Below are positions 62,851 to 64,000 of a stretch of 64,000 bases of DNA, piece by piece. The stretch spans positions 124,001-188,000 of the IMG/VR virus record IMGVR_UViG_3300028654_000001; one strand, given 5' to 3'. The translations under genes were made by a program, and so were the position numbers. Every line of letters starts with the position of its first letter. The first letter of the stretch is position 1. Below the pieces are notes generated by a model that saw only the letters and a list, made by a program, of their open reading frames with translations, was not told the origin of the DNA and ran no database searches.

Positions 62851-63070
62851 ATTACGAATGAGGAGGAAGCATCTCAACCACTTTTTGATCTTTGATCGCG
62901 TTTTCGTCTCCAAGGACTAATGTCAATGAAGGGCCAAAGTGGTATGGCCCCCTCTTCAATACCAACCCTCTCCGCGAATATGCAAGCATTCTCAGAGTAT
63001 ACTTCGTTCACAACCCTTGAAAACTTAGTGTTATCACTGCGTTGGAAGTTAATCTTGAAGGTTCTTATCC

Positions 63071-63292
63071 TCAACATTTGACAATCCTAGAGAATACAAA
63101 TCCGTCGGTTGATTCTGACAGTAGGAGCTTTTGACCAACAACCAGCTCAGGGTACTTCCGAACATCATCCTCAGTTATGGTGAAACTATATACATTATCC
63201 TCTTGGTTATCGGCTAAGCCCTGAAGGGCTCTGTCCCAAAATTCTGGGACATACCCTGGCTCACCTTCGAACTTACCTGACTCGCTACTCAT
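63071..63292 (-). CDS. hypothetical phage protein
   Basis: GKFEGEPGYVPEFWD...STDGFV motif; AGGAG SD. Confidence 0.8.
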   Translation of the reverse strand: MSSESGKFEGEPGYVPEFWDRALQGLADNQEDNVYSFTITEDDVRKYPELVVGQKLLLSESTDGFVFSRIVKC

Positions 63293-63309
63293 TTCTAGCT
63301 CCTACCCAA

Positions 63310-63338
63310 GTATTACGTGTAGAAGATACTTTTCTCAA
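63310..63338 (-). promoter_or_regulatory. class-I promoter motif (leadered)
   Basis: TTGAGA-N17-TAATAC. Confidence 0.7.
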
Positions 63339-63372
63339 CATTTTTCTCAACTTACCGGTGTTATGAGACACC

Positions 63373-63603
63373 ATGGCTGACCTAGACGATGACGAAGATG
63401 TGGTACTCAAGGTTGGTGATCGGGTAAACCTCAACACAGAGGAGGGTCCCGATATGGTGGTCTCCAAAATAGAGATTGTTAATGGAGTATCAGCAGTATC
63501 CTGTATTTGGTTTGAAGATCATAGACCTGGCGGGAATGAGAGCCCAATCTGGGTTCTAAAAAAAGAAGTCTTCCCTCTTGAGGTATTGAGTATCCTAGAT
63601 TAG
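63373..63603 (+). CDS. YodC/DUF2158-like protein
   Basis: LKVGDRVNL..GPDMVV...CIWF...KEVFPLEVL. Confidence 0.8.
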   Translation: MADLDDDEDVVLKVGDRVNLNTEEGPDMVVSKIEIVNGVSAVSCIWFEDHRPGGNESPIWVLKKEVFPLEVLSILD

Positions 63604-63945
63604 TTAGGGTTTCCATCCTTTCGGCGGTTTCCACCCGGCGGCGAGCGCTGTCTTAGCTACAGCCTTGATCCTTGTGAGAGCTGTTCGAGCCCCTGATTGA
63701 CTCTCCCACCAGAAACCGGTAGAATCATGGCCTTGAGTGTCCTGATCTCCTTCTTTGATGACCTGGAAACCGGCCTTCTCATAGGCCCAGTATTCACGGG
63801 AGTCTTGATCCTTCGGGACCTTATTAGAGGGCTCCCTCTTTGATTGACCAAGAAAACCTCCTGTATCAAATATATCATCATCCAATTGCCATTGGATTCG
63901 GAACTCTGCCTGTCGGTCCTCAACAACAACTAACTTATCAGCCAT
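63604..63945 (-). CDS. hypothetical protein, leaderless
   Basis: ATG 5 nt after the -10 element; ends AGWKPPKGWKP. Confidence 0.8.
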   Translation of the reverse strand: MADKLVVVEDRQAEFRIQWQLDDDIFDTGGFLGQSKREPSNKVPKDQDSREYWAYEKAGFQVIKEGDQDTQGHDSTGFWWESQSGARTALTRIKAVAKTALAAGWKPPKGWKP

Positions 63946-63950
63946 AACCA

Positions 63951-63979
63951 GTATTACACGCTAGAAGCACGATCCCCAC
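63951..63979 (-). promoter_or_regulatory. class-I promoter motif (variant -35)
   Basis: GTGGGG-N17-TAATAC-N5-ATG. Confidence 0.7.
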
Positions 63980-64000
63980 CAAAGTTTGCCAATAAAGTGT

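Noticed and set aside
3199-63929. Numerous antisense or overlapping track ORFs (e.g. 6290-6646, 13782-14198, 20464-20757, 43140-43718, 53316-53753, 54972-55301)
   Set aside because: Shadows of better-supported genes on the other strand or frame; no start signals or recognisable motifs
1-64000. cas genes, reverse transcriptase/DGR, integrase, transposase, rRNA
   Set aside because: No motifs recognised by eye; a highly divergent small Cas or anti-CRISPR among the hypotheticals cannot be excluded without HMM searches
1-64000. Alternative genetic code (TAG/TGA recoding) to explain short ORFs
   Set aside because: Genes are tightly coupled through TAG, TGA and TAA stops with overlapping starts, and paralogs end at comparable places; code 11 fits

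Overview
A 64-kb segment of a large (jumbo/huge-type) bacteriophage genome. It holds about 120 short, tightly packed, mostly minus-strand accessory genes in standard genetic code. No core replication or capsid genes and no cas genes were recognised. Several proteins resemble myxobacterial families from memory, so a Myxococcota host is inferred but not proven. The window opens with a 34-repeat CRISPR array (284-2719) whose trailer repeats show compensatory stem changes. Recognisable genes are a macro-domain ADP-ribose hydrolase, a radical SAM enzyme, two GNAT-like proteins, a SASA/SGNH esterase next to a virion-type protein, a P22 gp17-like protein, HNH-type proteins, a YodC-like protein and a secreted lipoprotein. 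Four patterns stand out beyond gene calls. (1) Short peptide tags are shared by otherwise unrelated proteins: N-terminal DDxIESYWxx(I/L/V)RP in 11 places, including a 32-aa tag-only micro-protein; C-terminal PTRFER in 8 proteins; N-terminal M(N/D)DLxIIxRVxxRV in 3-4 proteins. (2) A 21-copy promoter motif, GTGAGA-N17-TARTAY, has the start codon 5-8 nt downstream in 17 copies, which suggests a leaderless-mRNA regulon. (3) A tandemly duplicated three-gene unit at 37.9-42.0 kb shows reciprocal gene decay. (4) Conserved intergenic hairpin families and helically phased repeats occur near 20 kb. All counts and coordinates were read by eye and no database searches were run.
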